Origin: Bacteroidia bacterium
GTDB taxonomy: Bacteria; Bacteroidota; Bacteroidia; NS11-12g; UBA9320
Assembly (NCBI GenBank): GCA_965216465.1
Contig: CBDCFW010000006.1
Coordinates: 896,001 to 960,000 of the forward strand
Direction: 5' to 3'
Length of the DNA stretch: 64,000 bases
Shown: positions 19,551-28,677 of the stretch, one piece after another
Layout: every line of letters starts with the position of its first letter
How positions within the stretch are numbered: position 1 is the stretch's first letter
Notes under the pieces: model-generated
The model's input: only the letters and a program-made list of their open reading frames with translations
What the model was told of the DNA's origin: nothing
Databases searched by the model: none
Translations under genes and position numbers: made by a program

Positions 19551-20942
19551 CTACTTGTTTAAATGGTAATACACACCAACTCCAAATCCATATCGAGTAA
19601 ACTTTTGTTTGATCACTGTAGATGAAAGGGTATTGGTTAAATCCTGGCTAATGCTGGTGTTAAGTTGCAAGGTAAATTGCTGATTCATGCGATAATTAAG
19701 TCGAATAGATCCACCGGCATCTATTAATAGTTTGTTTAGGGGTAGGTCGTTTAATGAAGTTGGTTTAATTCCTGTAGAAAGTACATCTCCTTTGGCTCCA
19801 ACTAACACACCAATGTTTGACTGCAGATTGGTTTCTACATTAAATCTTGTACTGATATAGAATGTTTTTCCAAGTAGCACAGGAACAGAAATGTAACTAT
19901 ACGTTGGGCTCGAGAACTGACTATTCAGTGTTGTGTCTCTATAGTTAAAATAGAAGTAATCTACCGTATCTTGGCCAATAATGTGAGGTATGCTATCAAA
20001 CAGTTGGTACGTCAACGCTTGTGTTGATTGCCCTTTTTGTAGGAATGAAATACCAGTTCCTAAGTTCAAAGATTTCATATTCATCTTGTACATAAGGTCG
20101 TATGACATCAATACGCGACTGGTCTCGTTTTGTGCTCTGTAATTCTCATAATCTTGGTGCTCGGCTGCTCCAGCAATTGACTGTGAATTAATCATCGGAT
20201 TGATGTTAAATCCGATTGTTGGATTTGTAAAGCGTGGTGGTTGTGGTAATGTACCTGCATTCACTTTGGTGTCTGGTTCCTTTGAAGCTTTAATGGCATT
20301 GCGGTCTAAAACGTAAGGTATTTCATCTAAACCAATGGATTTTATAGAGAAGCTATGAATCTCAGCTAATGTGTACTCTTTTCGTATAGTAAGATCTGCT
20401 ATTGAGGGAGTTGGTTTAGGTTCCATTGGTTTTGTTAATGGAGTTTCATCCGCTGGTACTTCATCTTCCGAACTTGGAGTTGAATTATTTGCTGGCTGCT
20501 CAATAACCGGACTTGCATCAACAACTTCAACTTCCTCTGAACTACTCGCACTTACTTGTTCCGCTATTGGGTTACTTGGCTCTGAAACAGTCTCGCTTAT
20601 CGTATTAGAAGTCTCAGAAATGGCTTCTTCAGCTGACAACTCTTCTTGAGATGTTCTCTCTTCAGTTGAAATTTCATTTAGCTCATCAAAGTTTGTCTCT
20701 GCAACAAGTTCCGTTTCGGCGTCATTGTTTTCAGTGGTACTATCTGACTTTGAAGCCACAACATACCAAACCCCAGCAGAAAGAAGGAGGGCAGGCAATA
20801 ACCAAATCCACCATCCAAAGCGTTTCTTCTTAGGATGCAATTCATTGGCAATAGCATCCCACTCGTTACCGGTTAATGGTAACTCGCTGTCGTTCAAAAG
20901 GTCTTTGAACAAATCGTCGATATGCTTCTTTTGCTTAGCCAA
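19551..20942 (-). CDS. putative anti-sigma factor fused to an outer-membrane beta-barrel
   Basis: IDDLFK..WDAI N-terminal domain, one TM, acidic disordered linker, YISVPVLLG and terminal GFGVGVYYHL strands; overlaps the ECF stop. Confidence 0.7.
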   Translation of the reverse strand: MAKQKKHIDDLFKDLLNDSELPLTGNEWDAIANELHPKKKRFGWWIWLLPALLLSAGVWYVVASKSDSTTENNDAETELVAETNFDELNEISTEERTSQEELSAEEAISETSNTISETVSEPSNPIAEQVSASSSEEVEVVDASPVIEQPANNSTPSSEDEVPADETPLTKPMEPKPTPSIADLTIRKEYTLAEIHSFSIKSIGLDEIPYVLDRNAIKASKEPDTKVNAGTLPQPPRFTNPTIGFNINPMINSQSIAGAAEHQDYENYRAQNETSRVLMSYDLMYKMNMKSLNLGTGISFLQKGQSTQALTYQLFDSIPHIIGQDTVDYFYFNYRDTTLNSQFSSPTYSYISVPVLLGKTFYISTRFNVETNLQSNIGVLVGAKGDVLSTGIKPTSLNDLPLNKLLIDAGGSIRLNYRMNQQFTLQLNTSISQDLTNTLSSTVIKQKFTRYGFGVGVYYHLNK

Positions 20943-21507
20943 TGTTAAATCTTTCTTTTACAATTGTTTTTAGCAACTTCCGAGCTCTAGCTAATTGAGA
21001 CTTAGAAGTTCCTTCGCTAATATTTAGTTTCTCTGCAATCTGCTTATGGGTAAACCCATCTATGGCATACAAGTTAAAAACCATTTTATATCCATCGGGT
21101 AATTCGTTGATCGCTTTGTATAAGTCAGCTACTTTGATTTGATCATCATCGTATTCAACTTCATCAACATAAGATTCGCCTGAAGCCTTGTAGATGTCTT
21201 CATCGCTATCGTAGTAGTTGAATTTAATACTCCCCTTAAAATGGTCTATCGCCGTGTATATCATAATTCGGGTCATCCAAGTTTGCAATTTACTCTTCCC
21301 GTTAAACTTATCAATCTGTCTAAAGATCTTAATAAATCCTTCGTGTAAAGCATCTTTTGCATCTTCTAAATTTGGACAATATCGTGCACATACACCCAGC
21401 ATCTTGCCTGCGTACTCTTCAAACAATTGTTTTTGAGCTCTAGGGTCGTTGTTAATGCAGGCTGAAATAAGTTCCTGTTCATGTGCCAAATTATCCTTTT
21501 TACTCAT
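20935..21507 (-). CDS. ECF sigma-70 factor (true start may be TTG at 21489)
   Basis: region 2 DALHEGFIKIF...WMTRI; region 4 LPDGYKMVFNLYAIDGFTHKQIAEKLNISEGTSKSQLARAR. Confidence 0.95.
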   Translation of the reverse strand: MSKKDNLAHEQELISACINNDPRAQKQLFEEYAGKMLGVCARYCPNLEDAKDALHEGFIKIFRQIDKFNGKSKLQTWMTRIMIYTAIDHFKGSIKFNYYDSDEDIYKASGESYVDEVEYDDDQIKVADLYKAINELPDGYKMVFNLYAIDGFTHKQIAEKLNISEGTSKSQLARARKLLKTIVKERFNIG

Positions 21508-21535
21508 TAGTCGGGCAAATGCCTAAAGGGTTGCA
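21506..21535 (-). promoter_or_regulatory. candidate ECF autoregulatory promoter
   Basis: TGCAACC-N16-GACTAAT on the minus strand; same motif and spacing at 26644. Confidence 0.65.
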
Positions 21536-21658
21536 TCGAATTTTAAATATTTTATAAAATAAATTATTCGCTTCGAAACTTTAGGAACCTAAATACCCAC
21601 AACGAGTTGAATTTTAACGATTTAAAATAGTCGGTTTGTATACATATTTAGCCATTTT

Positions 21659-23008
21659 TTAGTTAAAAATAGCTTGAAACATTTGATAAATGCTTCCAAC
21701 TTCGTGAATACGAATACTGTAGTCTTTCTTGTTGATATCCAGCTGGTTAGACAAGTAAAAGTCTTTAAAACCAAGCTTTTCAGCCTCTTTTAAGCGTTGA
21801 TCAATTCGATTTACGCCACGAACTTCACCGCTTAAACCTATTTCACCTGCAAAAACCGTCTTTGGAGGAAGAGCAACATTTTCGAGCGACGATACTATTG
21901 ACGCAGCAATGCCTAAATCTGTGGCAGGATCTGCTATTTTTAAACCTCCAGCAATATTTACAAATACATCCTGAGCCGCAAGTTTATACCCGCAGCGTTT
22001 CTCTAACACTGCGAGTAACATATTCAGTCGTTTGATGTCATATCCATTGGTATTTCGCTGGGGGTTGCCGTATACTGCTGCTCCCACAAGAGCCTGAGTT
22101 TCAATAAGCAAACTTCTGTTTCCCTCGAGAGATGCTACAACTCCTACTCCCGACAAGTTCTCACTTCGTTGATTGATGAGAATTTCAGATGGATTGTCTA
22201 CTTCACGCATTCCTTCTGAGGTCATTTCGTAAATGCCTAGTTCTAAGCTACTTCCGAATCTATTTTTTAAAGTTCTTAAAATTCGATAAGAGTTTTGAGT
22301 CTCTCCTTCAAACTGAAGCACAGTATCAACCATATGTTCAAGCAGCTTAGGTCCGGCAAGCTGACCTTCTTTGGTGATGTGCCCTACAAGTATAATTGGC
22401 ACCTCATGTTTTTTGGCATACTGAATAAGCAAAGCACTGCTTTCACGAATTTGGGATATAGTACCAGGCGTAGACTCTAAGTATTTCGAATACATGGTCT
22501 GAATGGAATCAATAATAACAAACGAAGGCTTTGCAGTTTTTATATGATGAATGATGTTCTCGACACAGGTTTCGTTCAAGAGGTGACATTCTTCATTGGT
22601 TATGCCAATGCGATCTGCCCTCATTTTTATTTGACTTAGGCTTTCCTCACCACTAACATAAAGCACTTGTTTATTCATACGAAGTGCCGATTGCAGCAGA
22701 AGGGTCGACTTTCCTATGCCTGGTTCTCCACCAAGTAAAACCACTGAACCCGGTACGATTCCACCACCTAAAACTCTATTCAGTTCTGTTCCAGGAGCTT
22801 TTAATCGCTGCAGTTGAATAGCGTCTACATCTTTAATGGCTGTAACAACTCCTTCAATTTCTGCAAGTTTGAATGCACCGGTCTTAGATTTTGCGACCAC
22901 TTCTTCGTGAATGGTATTGTACTCTCCACAAGAGAAGCATTTCCCCATCATTTTAGCATAGTTGCTTCCACAATTTGAGCAGATATAGGTTGTTTTTGTT
23001 TTAGCCAT
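21659..23008 (-). CDS. radA: DNA repair protein RadA/Sms
   Basis: C4 zinc finger, GEPGIGKST, KNRFG, GEIGLSGE. Confidence 0.97.
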   Translation of the reverse strand: MAKTKTTYICSNCGSNYAKMMGKCFSCGEYNTIHEEVVAKSKTGAFKLAEIEGVVTAIKDVDAIQLQRLKAPGTELNRVLGGGIVPGSVVLLGGEPGIGKSTLLLQSALRMNKQVLYVSGEESLSQIKMRADRIGITNEECHLLNETCVENIIHHIKTAKPSFVIIDSIQTMYSKYLESTPGTISQIRESSALLIQYAKKHEVPIILVGHITKEGQLAGPKLLEHMVDTVLQFEGETQNSYRILRTLKNRFGSSLELGIYEMTSEGMREVDNPSEILINQRSENLSGVGVVASLEGNRSLLIETQALVGAAVYGNPQRNTNGYDIKRLNMLLAVLEKRCGYKLAAQDVFVNIAGGLKIADPATDLGIAASIVSSLENVALPPKTVFAGEIGLSGEVRGVNRIDQRLKEAEKLGFKDFYLSNQLDINKKDYSIRIHEVGSIYQMFQAIFN

Positions 23009-23205
23009 GGTTTTCATATCCCAATTTGACCATTGGTAAAGCGAAAATGGTTGTTTTTATACTTTAATAAAAATTAAATACTGAGTTGCTGAATTTTGAG
23101 TTCAAATAATGTTAAATAAAACTTAATTTAAGCGTGAGAATGACCGTCGATACTCAAAATTTTCTATTTTTGTCCGCAATACGAAATAATAAGTCAAAAA
23201 ATAAA

Positions 23206-24066
23206 ATGAAAAAATTCACATCCTTATTAATGTTATTAGCTATAATGACATTTAGTGTTCAAACTGTATTTGCTCAAGACGAGCCTGTTGAAGAGGAAGC
23301 AACTGAGGTTGTAGATAGTTCAGCTGCTGAGGCTGGAGATTCTACAGAAGCTGACGATGAAGCAGAATCAGAAGAAATGGCTGCAGGTGCAGATGAAGCT
23401 GGGGAAGATGCTCCAAAAAAGAAAAAAGGAGGACATCAAGTACTTAAAAGCAAGTTTATTGAAGGGGGTCCAGCATTTATGGCTCTTCCTTTATTGTGTC
23501 TTATCCTAGGTTTAGCAATTGCCGTTGAAAGAATTATTTCTTTATTCTGGATGTCTATCAACACAGACAAATTTGTTGAAGAAGTTGCAGACAGAGTTGA
23601 AAGCGGAGATATTGAAGGAGCTAAAGAATTATGTAGAAATACAAGAGGTCCTGTTGCCAGTGTATTCTACCAAGGTTTAGATAGAGCTTCGCAAGGCTCA
23701 ATTGAAGTTGTTGAAAAAGCAGTTATCGGTTACGGTTCTGTTCAAATGGGACAACTTGAAAAAGGTCTAGTATGGTTATCATTATTCATTGCTCTAGCAC
23801 CAATGCTTGGGTTCATGGGTACAGTAATTGGTATGATTGAAGCCTTTGACGAAATTGAAAGAGTTGGAGATATCGCACCAGCGGTTGTAGCAAACGGTAT
23901 CAAGATTGCACTTCTTACTACGGTAGCTGGTCTTATCGTAGCAATTATCCTTCAATTATTCTATAACTACGTTGTATCTAAAATCGATTCAATTGTAAAT
24001 AGAATGGAAGAAGCATCTATCTCATTAGTTGATATATTAGTTAAGAACAAAGTAGTTAAAGCATAA
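23206..24066 (+). CDS. exbB: MotA/TolQ/ExbB proton channel protein
   Basis: APMLGFMGTVIGMI and GIKIALLTTVAGL motifs. Confidence 0.9.
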   Translation: MKKFTSLLMLLAIMTFSVQTVFAQDEPVEEEATEVVDSSAAEAGDSTEADDEAESEEMAAGADEAGEDAPKKKKGGHQVLKSKFIEGGPAFMALPLLCLILGLAIAVERIISLFWMSINTDKFVEEVADRVESGDIEGAKELCRNTRGPVASVFYQGLDRASQGSIEVVEKAVIGYGSVQMGQLEKGLVWLSLFIALAPMLGFMGTVIGMIEAFDEIERVGDIAPAVVANGIKIALLTTVAGLIVAIILQLFYNYVVSKIDSIVNRMEEASISLVDILVKNKVVKA

Positions 24067-24497
24067 TGAATAACATAATTAAGATCATATTTTATGTTGT
24101 TGTAGTTGCTGCCTTACTTGTTGGTATAGTTGGGTACCTTTGGATTGGTGATGGAGTAGTTGCCGATTCAAAAGGAAGCTCAATTAGCCTTATTGTTTCG
24201 TACATATTACTTATCGTTGCTATTGGTTTTACACTGGTTGCTTCGATTGGAAATATGGTACAAAACCCAAAGTCTTCGGTTAAATTGTTAATCGGAATTG
24301 GTGCTGTAATCGTAATTGGAGCTATAGGATATTTAGCTTCTTCAGGTGTAGTACTAGACGAGTGGGAGTCAAAAGGAGTTACAACAGCTAGTCAATCGAA
24401 ATGGATTGATGCCGGATGGTACCTAGTATATGGAATACTTGGTATTTCAATCATAGGAATTTTAGTTTCAGAGTTTTCGGGACTATTTAAAAAGTAA
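24066..24497 (+). CDS. four-TM membrane protein of the Bacteroidota exbB-exbD operon
   Basis: four hydrophobic helices; start overlaps the exbB stop. Confidence 0.7.
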   Translation: MNNIIKIIFYVVVVAALLVGIVGYLWIGDGVVADSKGSSISLIVSYILLIVAIGFTLVASIGNMVQNPKSSVKLLIGIGAVIVIGAIGYLASSGVVLDEWESKGVTTASQSKWIDAGWYLVYGILGISIIGILVSEFSGLFKK

Positions 24498-24503
24498 AAA
24501 TAC

Positions 24504-25049
24504 ATGTCAAGAAAAAGTAGAGGAATACCAGAAATTAATGCAGGTTCGATGGCGGATATAGCCTTCCTATTGCTTGTATTTTTCCTGGTAACCACCACTA
24601 TGGATATACCGACAGGTTTGCAAGTTGCCTTGCCACCTATTACTGATGAACCGCCACCAGAGTCGCAACAACGACAAAGAGAGGTTTTAGAAGTTTTGGT
24701 GAATGCATCGGATCAACTGTTGGTAGAAAAAGAGTTGATGAGCATTGATCAGTTGAGACAAAAGACTGTCGATCACTTGACCAATGAGGGTAGAAACCCT
24801 AACCTATCATCGACGTCTACAAAAGCAATTGTTTCTTTAAAGAATGACCGTGGTACATCATATGATATGTATGTGCAGGTTTATAATGAGCTTACCGCCG
24901 CTTACAATGAAGTAAGAGACGATTACGCGATGAAGAAGTTTGGCAAGCCTTACAAAAAGCTAACCAAAGAAGCTCAAGTAGATGAAGTTAAAGCAAAGTA
25001 TCCGAAAAAGCTTTCGGAAGCAGAACCAGTAAGTTTAGGAGGAAGTTAA
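24504..25049 (+). CDS. exbD: ExbD/TolR family protein
   Basis: PEINAGSMADIAFLLLVFFLVTTT. Confidence 0.9.
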   Translation: MSRKSRGIPEINAGSMADIAFLLLVFFLVTTTMDIPTGLQVALPPITDEPPPESQQRQREVLEVLVNASDQLLVEKELMSIDQLRQKTVDHLTNEGRNPNLSSTSTKAIVSLKNDRGTSYDMYVQVYNELTAAYNEVRDDYAMKKFGKPYKKLTKEAQVDEVKAKYPKKLSEAEPVSLGGS

Positions 25050-25510
25050 TGTCAAAGTTTAAACAGAAAAAGAGTAAAGGATCTGCGGCGATTAACACGT
25101 CAGCACTTCCAGATATCGTATTCATGCTTTTATTCTTCTTTATGGTGGCAACCAAAATGAGGGATAGAGAAATGAAGGTTAAAACAACACTTCCTAAAGC
25201 GACGGAAGTTGAAAAGCTTGAGAAAAAATCTCGATTGCATTACATCTTTGTTGGTCCTCCAATGAAATCTGAGATCTACGGTACAACGCCTAGAATTCAG
25301 CTTGATGACAAGTTTGCAACGATTGATGATATTCAACAATATATTACCCTTAAAAACAGTGAAAAGGATGAAGCGGAGGTTAAATATATGACCACCTCGC
25401 TAAAAGCCGATAAATCTGTTAAAATGGGTATAGTAACGGATATCAAACAAGAGCTGAGACAAGTGAACGCCCTCAAACTCAGTTATACTGCATCGAAAGA
25501 TGTAGACTAA
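25049..25510 (+). CDS. exbD: ExbD/TolR family protein
   Basis: LPDIVFMLLFFFMV and LKADK motifs. Confidence 0.9.
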   Translation: MSKFKQKKSKGSAAINTSALPDIVFMLLFFFMVATKMRDREMKVKTTLPKATEVEKLEKKSRLHYIFVGPPMKSEIYGTTPRIQLDDKFATIDDIQQYITLKNSEKDEAEVKYMTTSLKADKSVKMGIVTDIKQELRQVNALKLSYTASKDVD

Positions 25511-25527
25511 ATGAAGATTTATTATTG

Positions 25528-25556
25528 AAAAAAGAGAGCATTTGCTCTCTTTTTTT
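25528..25556 (+). terminator. rho-independent terminator
   Basis: AAAAAAGAGAGC-ATTT-GCTCTCTTTTTTT. Confidence 0.8.
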
Positions 25557-25596
25557 GTTTCTACACTAAATACTCTTGTAAATTGCGAACCGTTTC

Positions 25597-26571
25597 ATGG
25601 CATCCAAACTGGCCTACATAAAATCTCCAATTGAAGCTGAACTTAAAATCTTTGAAGAAAGATTTAGAGACAGCGTAAGAAGTAAGGTTTCTCTGTTGGA
25701 TACCATCATGAATTACATCGTGAAACGCAAAGGGAAACAAATGAGACCTTTGCTCGTTCTGCACTGTGCTAAACTGTTCGGTGAAGTAAATGAAGCTACC
25801 TACAGAGGAGCAGCACTGGTTGAATTGCTTCACACGGCTACCTTAGTTCATGACGATGTAGTTGATGAGTCTAATATGCGAAGAGGCTTTTTCTCAATCA
25901 ATGCATTATGGAAGAATAAAATTGCCGTTTTGGTTGGAGATTATTTACTTTCTAAGGGATTACTACTCGCATTAAAGAATAAAGACTTTAAGGCCCTCGA
26001 AATACTGTCTACAGCTGTAGAACAAATGAGTGAAGGAGAGCTTCTTCAAATGGAGAAGGCACGTAAGCTTGATATAACTGAAGAAGTCTATTTTGATATC
26101 ATCACCAAAAAAACAGCATCTCTTCTCGCTAGCTGTTGCGGAATTGGTGCTTACACCACGAATCAATCTGAAGAAACAATAAGAAAGATTATTGAAATGG
26201 GCGAGGCCGTTGGTATTGCCTTTCAAATAAAAGATGATCTTTTTGACTATGGTGACAACAAGGTTGGAAAGCCAACAGGAATCGACATTGTCGAAAAGAA
26301 AATGACACTTCCTTTGATTTATGCACTGAATCAATCATCCAAAAAAGAAAAACGCAAGATTATTGGCATCGTTAAAAAGTCGAAAAAGTCTAAAAAAGAG
26401 GTTAATGAAGTGATCGCCTTTGTGAAAGAAAAAGGGGGTATCGACTATGCCCAAAACAGAATGCTCGAGTACAAAGAAAAAGCCGATAACATTCTTAAAA
26501 ACCTCGAAACATCTTCATCAACAGAATATATTCTAGCGCTAATTTCATACGTAATCGAACGTAAGAAATAA
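25597..26571 (+). CDS. polyprenyl diphosphate synthase
   Basis: GKQMRP, LVHDDVVD, FQIKDD and GKPTG motifs. Confidence 0.93.
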   Translation: MASKLAYIKSPIEAELKIFEERFRDSVRSKVSLLDTIMNYIVKRKGKQMRPLLVLHCAKLFGEVNEATYRGAALVELLHTATLVHDDVVDESNMRRGFFSINALWKNKIAVLVGDYLLSKGLLLALKNKDFKALEILSTAVEQMSEGELLQMEKARKLDITEEVYFDIITKKTASLLASCCGIGAYTTNQSEETIRKIIEMGEAVGIAFQIKDDLFDYGDNKVGKPTGIDIVEKKMTLPLIYALNQSSKKEKRKIIGIVKKSKKSKKEVNEVIAFVKEKGGIDYAQNRMLEYKEKADNILKNLETSSSTEYILALISYVIERKK

Positions 26572-26643
26572 AAATTATATCAGTTTAAAACACTGTATAT
26601 CAACGAAGTATAGCTTCGACATAAAAATATTTTAAAATTTTCG

Positions 26644-26673
26644 TGCAACCATCATGCATTTGGCGAGACCAAT
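26644..26673 (+). promoter_or_regulatory. candidate ECF-dependent promoter
   Basis: TGCAACC-N16-GACCAAT, matching the motif upstream of the ECF gene. Confidence 0.65.
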
Positions 26674-26684
26674 AGAAACAAAAA

Positions 26685-28619
26685 ATGCTAAATGTTATGA
26701 TACTTAAAAGAACACAGAAGATTTTTTTACAAGGTAAAAGACTTTTATTACTAATTCCAGCTGTACTTTTTATGATGAGTACTGCTTTTACTCAAACTAC
26801 TACAAACTGTAAGTCTGACTTTGAATTTGATATTAACCACAATACCAAAACAGTTGAATTCAAAGCAAGATCAAATAAGCAGCCTGCGGTTTTTGCATTC
26901 AAACTTGGCGATGGTAACTTTAAAAGAGGCCAGCACATTAAGCACACTTATGCTAGTGCAGGATCTTATACTGTTACGCTTACTACCATCGCTTTTGATA
27001 GTGTTGCCAACCAGCGATGCACCACTCAGGTTAGAAAGAAAGTTGAAATCGTAGATTGTGATCGTCTGAAGGTTGCTTTTAAGTATGAAGTTGATGGTTT
27101 AACTGTAAAGCTAAAAGGTGAAGCTAATAGCAATGCAGTTCATACTGGATTCAAGTTCGGAGATGGACATGGATCAAGAAAAGATGAAGTAAAACACACA
27201 TACGCAAAACCAGGTGTTTATGTGGTATGTTATGTTGCAGAAGACACGGTGCATGGTTGTCGACAAGAAGTATGCAAGCGCATTGTAATAACTGCTCCTT
27301 GTAAACTAGAAGCGAAGTTCGAATACAGACAAGAGCAAAACGACTTTAAGTTTATTGCAAAGGCTAATGATTCTCCAGCTCGTTTCCTTTGGAACTTTGG
27401 AGATGGTGAAAAAGGTCACGGTGACGAAATAAAGCACAGCTACGATAAACCAGGTATTTATGAAGTATGCTTAACTGTATATGCCCTAAACGCTACTAAC
27501 GATAAAGTGTGCACAACACGAGTGTGTAAGAAAGTAATTGTGAAGCCAGATAACGATTGTGGATTACGTGCGAACTTCTTATACAGACAGCACAAAAATG
27601 ACTTCAAATTTGAAGCAAAGGCAAACGATTCTAACGCTCGATTCTCTTGGACCTTTGGTGATGGAGAAACTGCAAAAGGAAAAGAAGTTAAACATTCATA
27701 CGACGAGCCAGGAACCTATCTAGTATGCTTAACAGTATATGCTAAGTCAAATGATAGCTTGAATCAAATCTGTTCTACAAAAGTTTGTAAGCGTGTTGTT
27801 ATCGAGAAGCCTGAATGTAAATTGGAAGGTGATTTTAGAATTACAACTTCAGGACTTCACCTTAAAGTTGAAGCTAAAGCAAATAATGATAACGTACATT
27901 ACTTCTGGACATTTGGCGACGGATCAGATGCTACAGGTCAAAGAGCACGACATAAATACACCAAACCAGGAGTTTATGAAGTTTGTCTGATTATCTTCAA
28001 CCCTAAAACTAAATGTAAAGTATGTATCTGCAAGAAGATTGTGGTAGAGAAGCCATGCAGATTAAAGGCTCAAATTGTAACTCGAATCGATCAAGATAAG
28101 GTTTATGTTAGAGCAAGAACAAATGCATCTCGTTTCAGCACTTATAAGTGGGATTTCGGTGACGGAACAACAGCCACAGGTCAAAGAGCTAGACATCAGT
28201 ATACCAAGAAAGGTGTTTATGTAATTACCCTTTCAATCTATGATCGTAAAAAAGGATGCAAAATTGAAGTTCAAAAAAGAGTAATCATTGGACGCCAACA
28301 GCAAAGTGTTTTGCTTACGACAGAAGCTGAAGATAATGATCTAATCAACATTGAAGAGCCTATAAACACTCAGGATTTAAGACCAGAAGTTTGGGAAGCT
28401 AAAGTGTCTCCAAGTCCTGCAAGAAATTCAGTTAGAATCAGTTCTGACGATAAGGACCTCTCAAGTGTGGAAGTATACGCTTTAGATGGGTCGAAAGTAA
28501 TCGACTCTAACGACAACCTCAGCAGTATTGATATCTCATTGTTACAAAAAGGGTTTTACTACGCCCATGTAACTGCAACAGATGGAACTACTACCATTGT
28601 GAAATTCCTAAAGGATTAG
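26685..28619 (+). CDS. T9SS-secreted protein with six Cys-containing PKD repeats
   Basis: six (F/L)GDG..H.Y..(P/K/A)G.Y repeats; VSPSPA...GFYY...KFLKD CTD. Confidence 0.85.
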   Translation: MLNVMILKRTQKIFLQGKRLLLLIPAVLFMMSTAFTQTTTNCKSDFEFDINHNTKTVEFKARSNKQPAVFAFKLGDGNFKRGQHIKHTYASAGSYTVTLTTIAFDSVANQRCTTQVRKKVEIVDCDRLKVAFKYEVDGLTVKLKGEANSNAVHTGFKFGDGHGSRKDEVKHTYAKPGVYVVCYVAEDTVHGCRQEVCKRIVITAPCKLEAKFEYRQEQNDFKFIAKANDSPARFLWNFGDGEKGHGDEIKHSYDKPGIYEVCLTVYALNATNDKVCTTRVCKKVIVKPDNDCGLRANFLYRQHKNDFKFEAKANDSNARFSWTFGDGETAKGKEVKHSYDEPGTYLVCLTVYAKSNDSLNQICSTKVCKRVVIEKPECKLEGDFRITTSGLHLKVEAKANNDNVHYFWTFGDGSDATGQRARHKYTKPGVYEVCLIIFNPKTKCKVCICKKIVVEKPCRLKAQIVTRIDQDKVYVRARTNASRFSTYKWDFGDGTTATGQRARHQYTKKGVYVITLSIYDRKKGCKIEVQKRVIIGRQQQSVLLTTEAEDNDLINIEEPINTQDLRPEVWEAKVSPSPARNSVRISSDDKDLSSVEVYALDGSKVIDSNDNLSSIDISLLQKGFYYAHVTATDGTTTIVKFLKD

Positions 28620-28647
28620 ATCTGTCAGGGTTAAACAGATCTATATT

Positions 28648-28677
28648 AAGAGCCATCGTATTGATGGCTCTTTTTTT
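28648..28677 (+). terminator. rho-independent terminator
   Basis: AAGAGCCATC-GTATT-GATGGCTC followed by T7. Confidence 0.8.
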
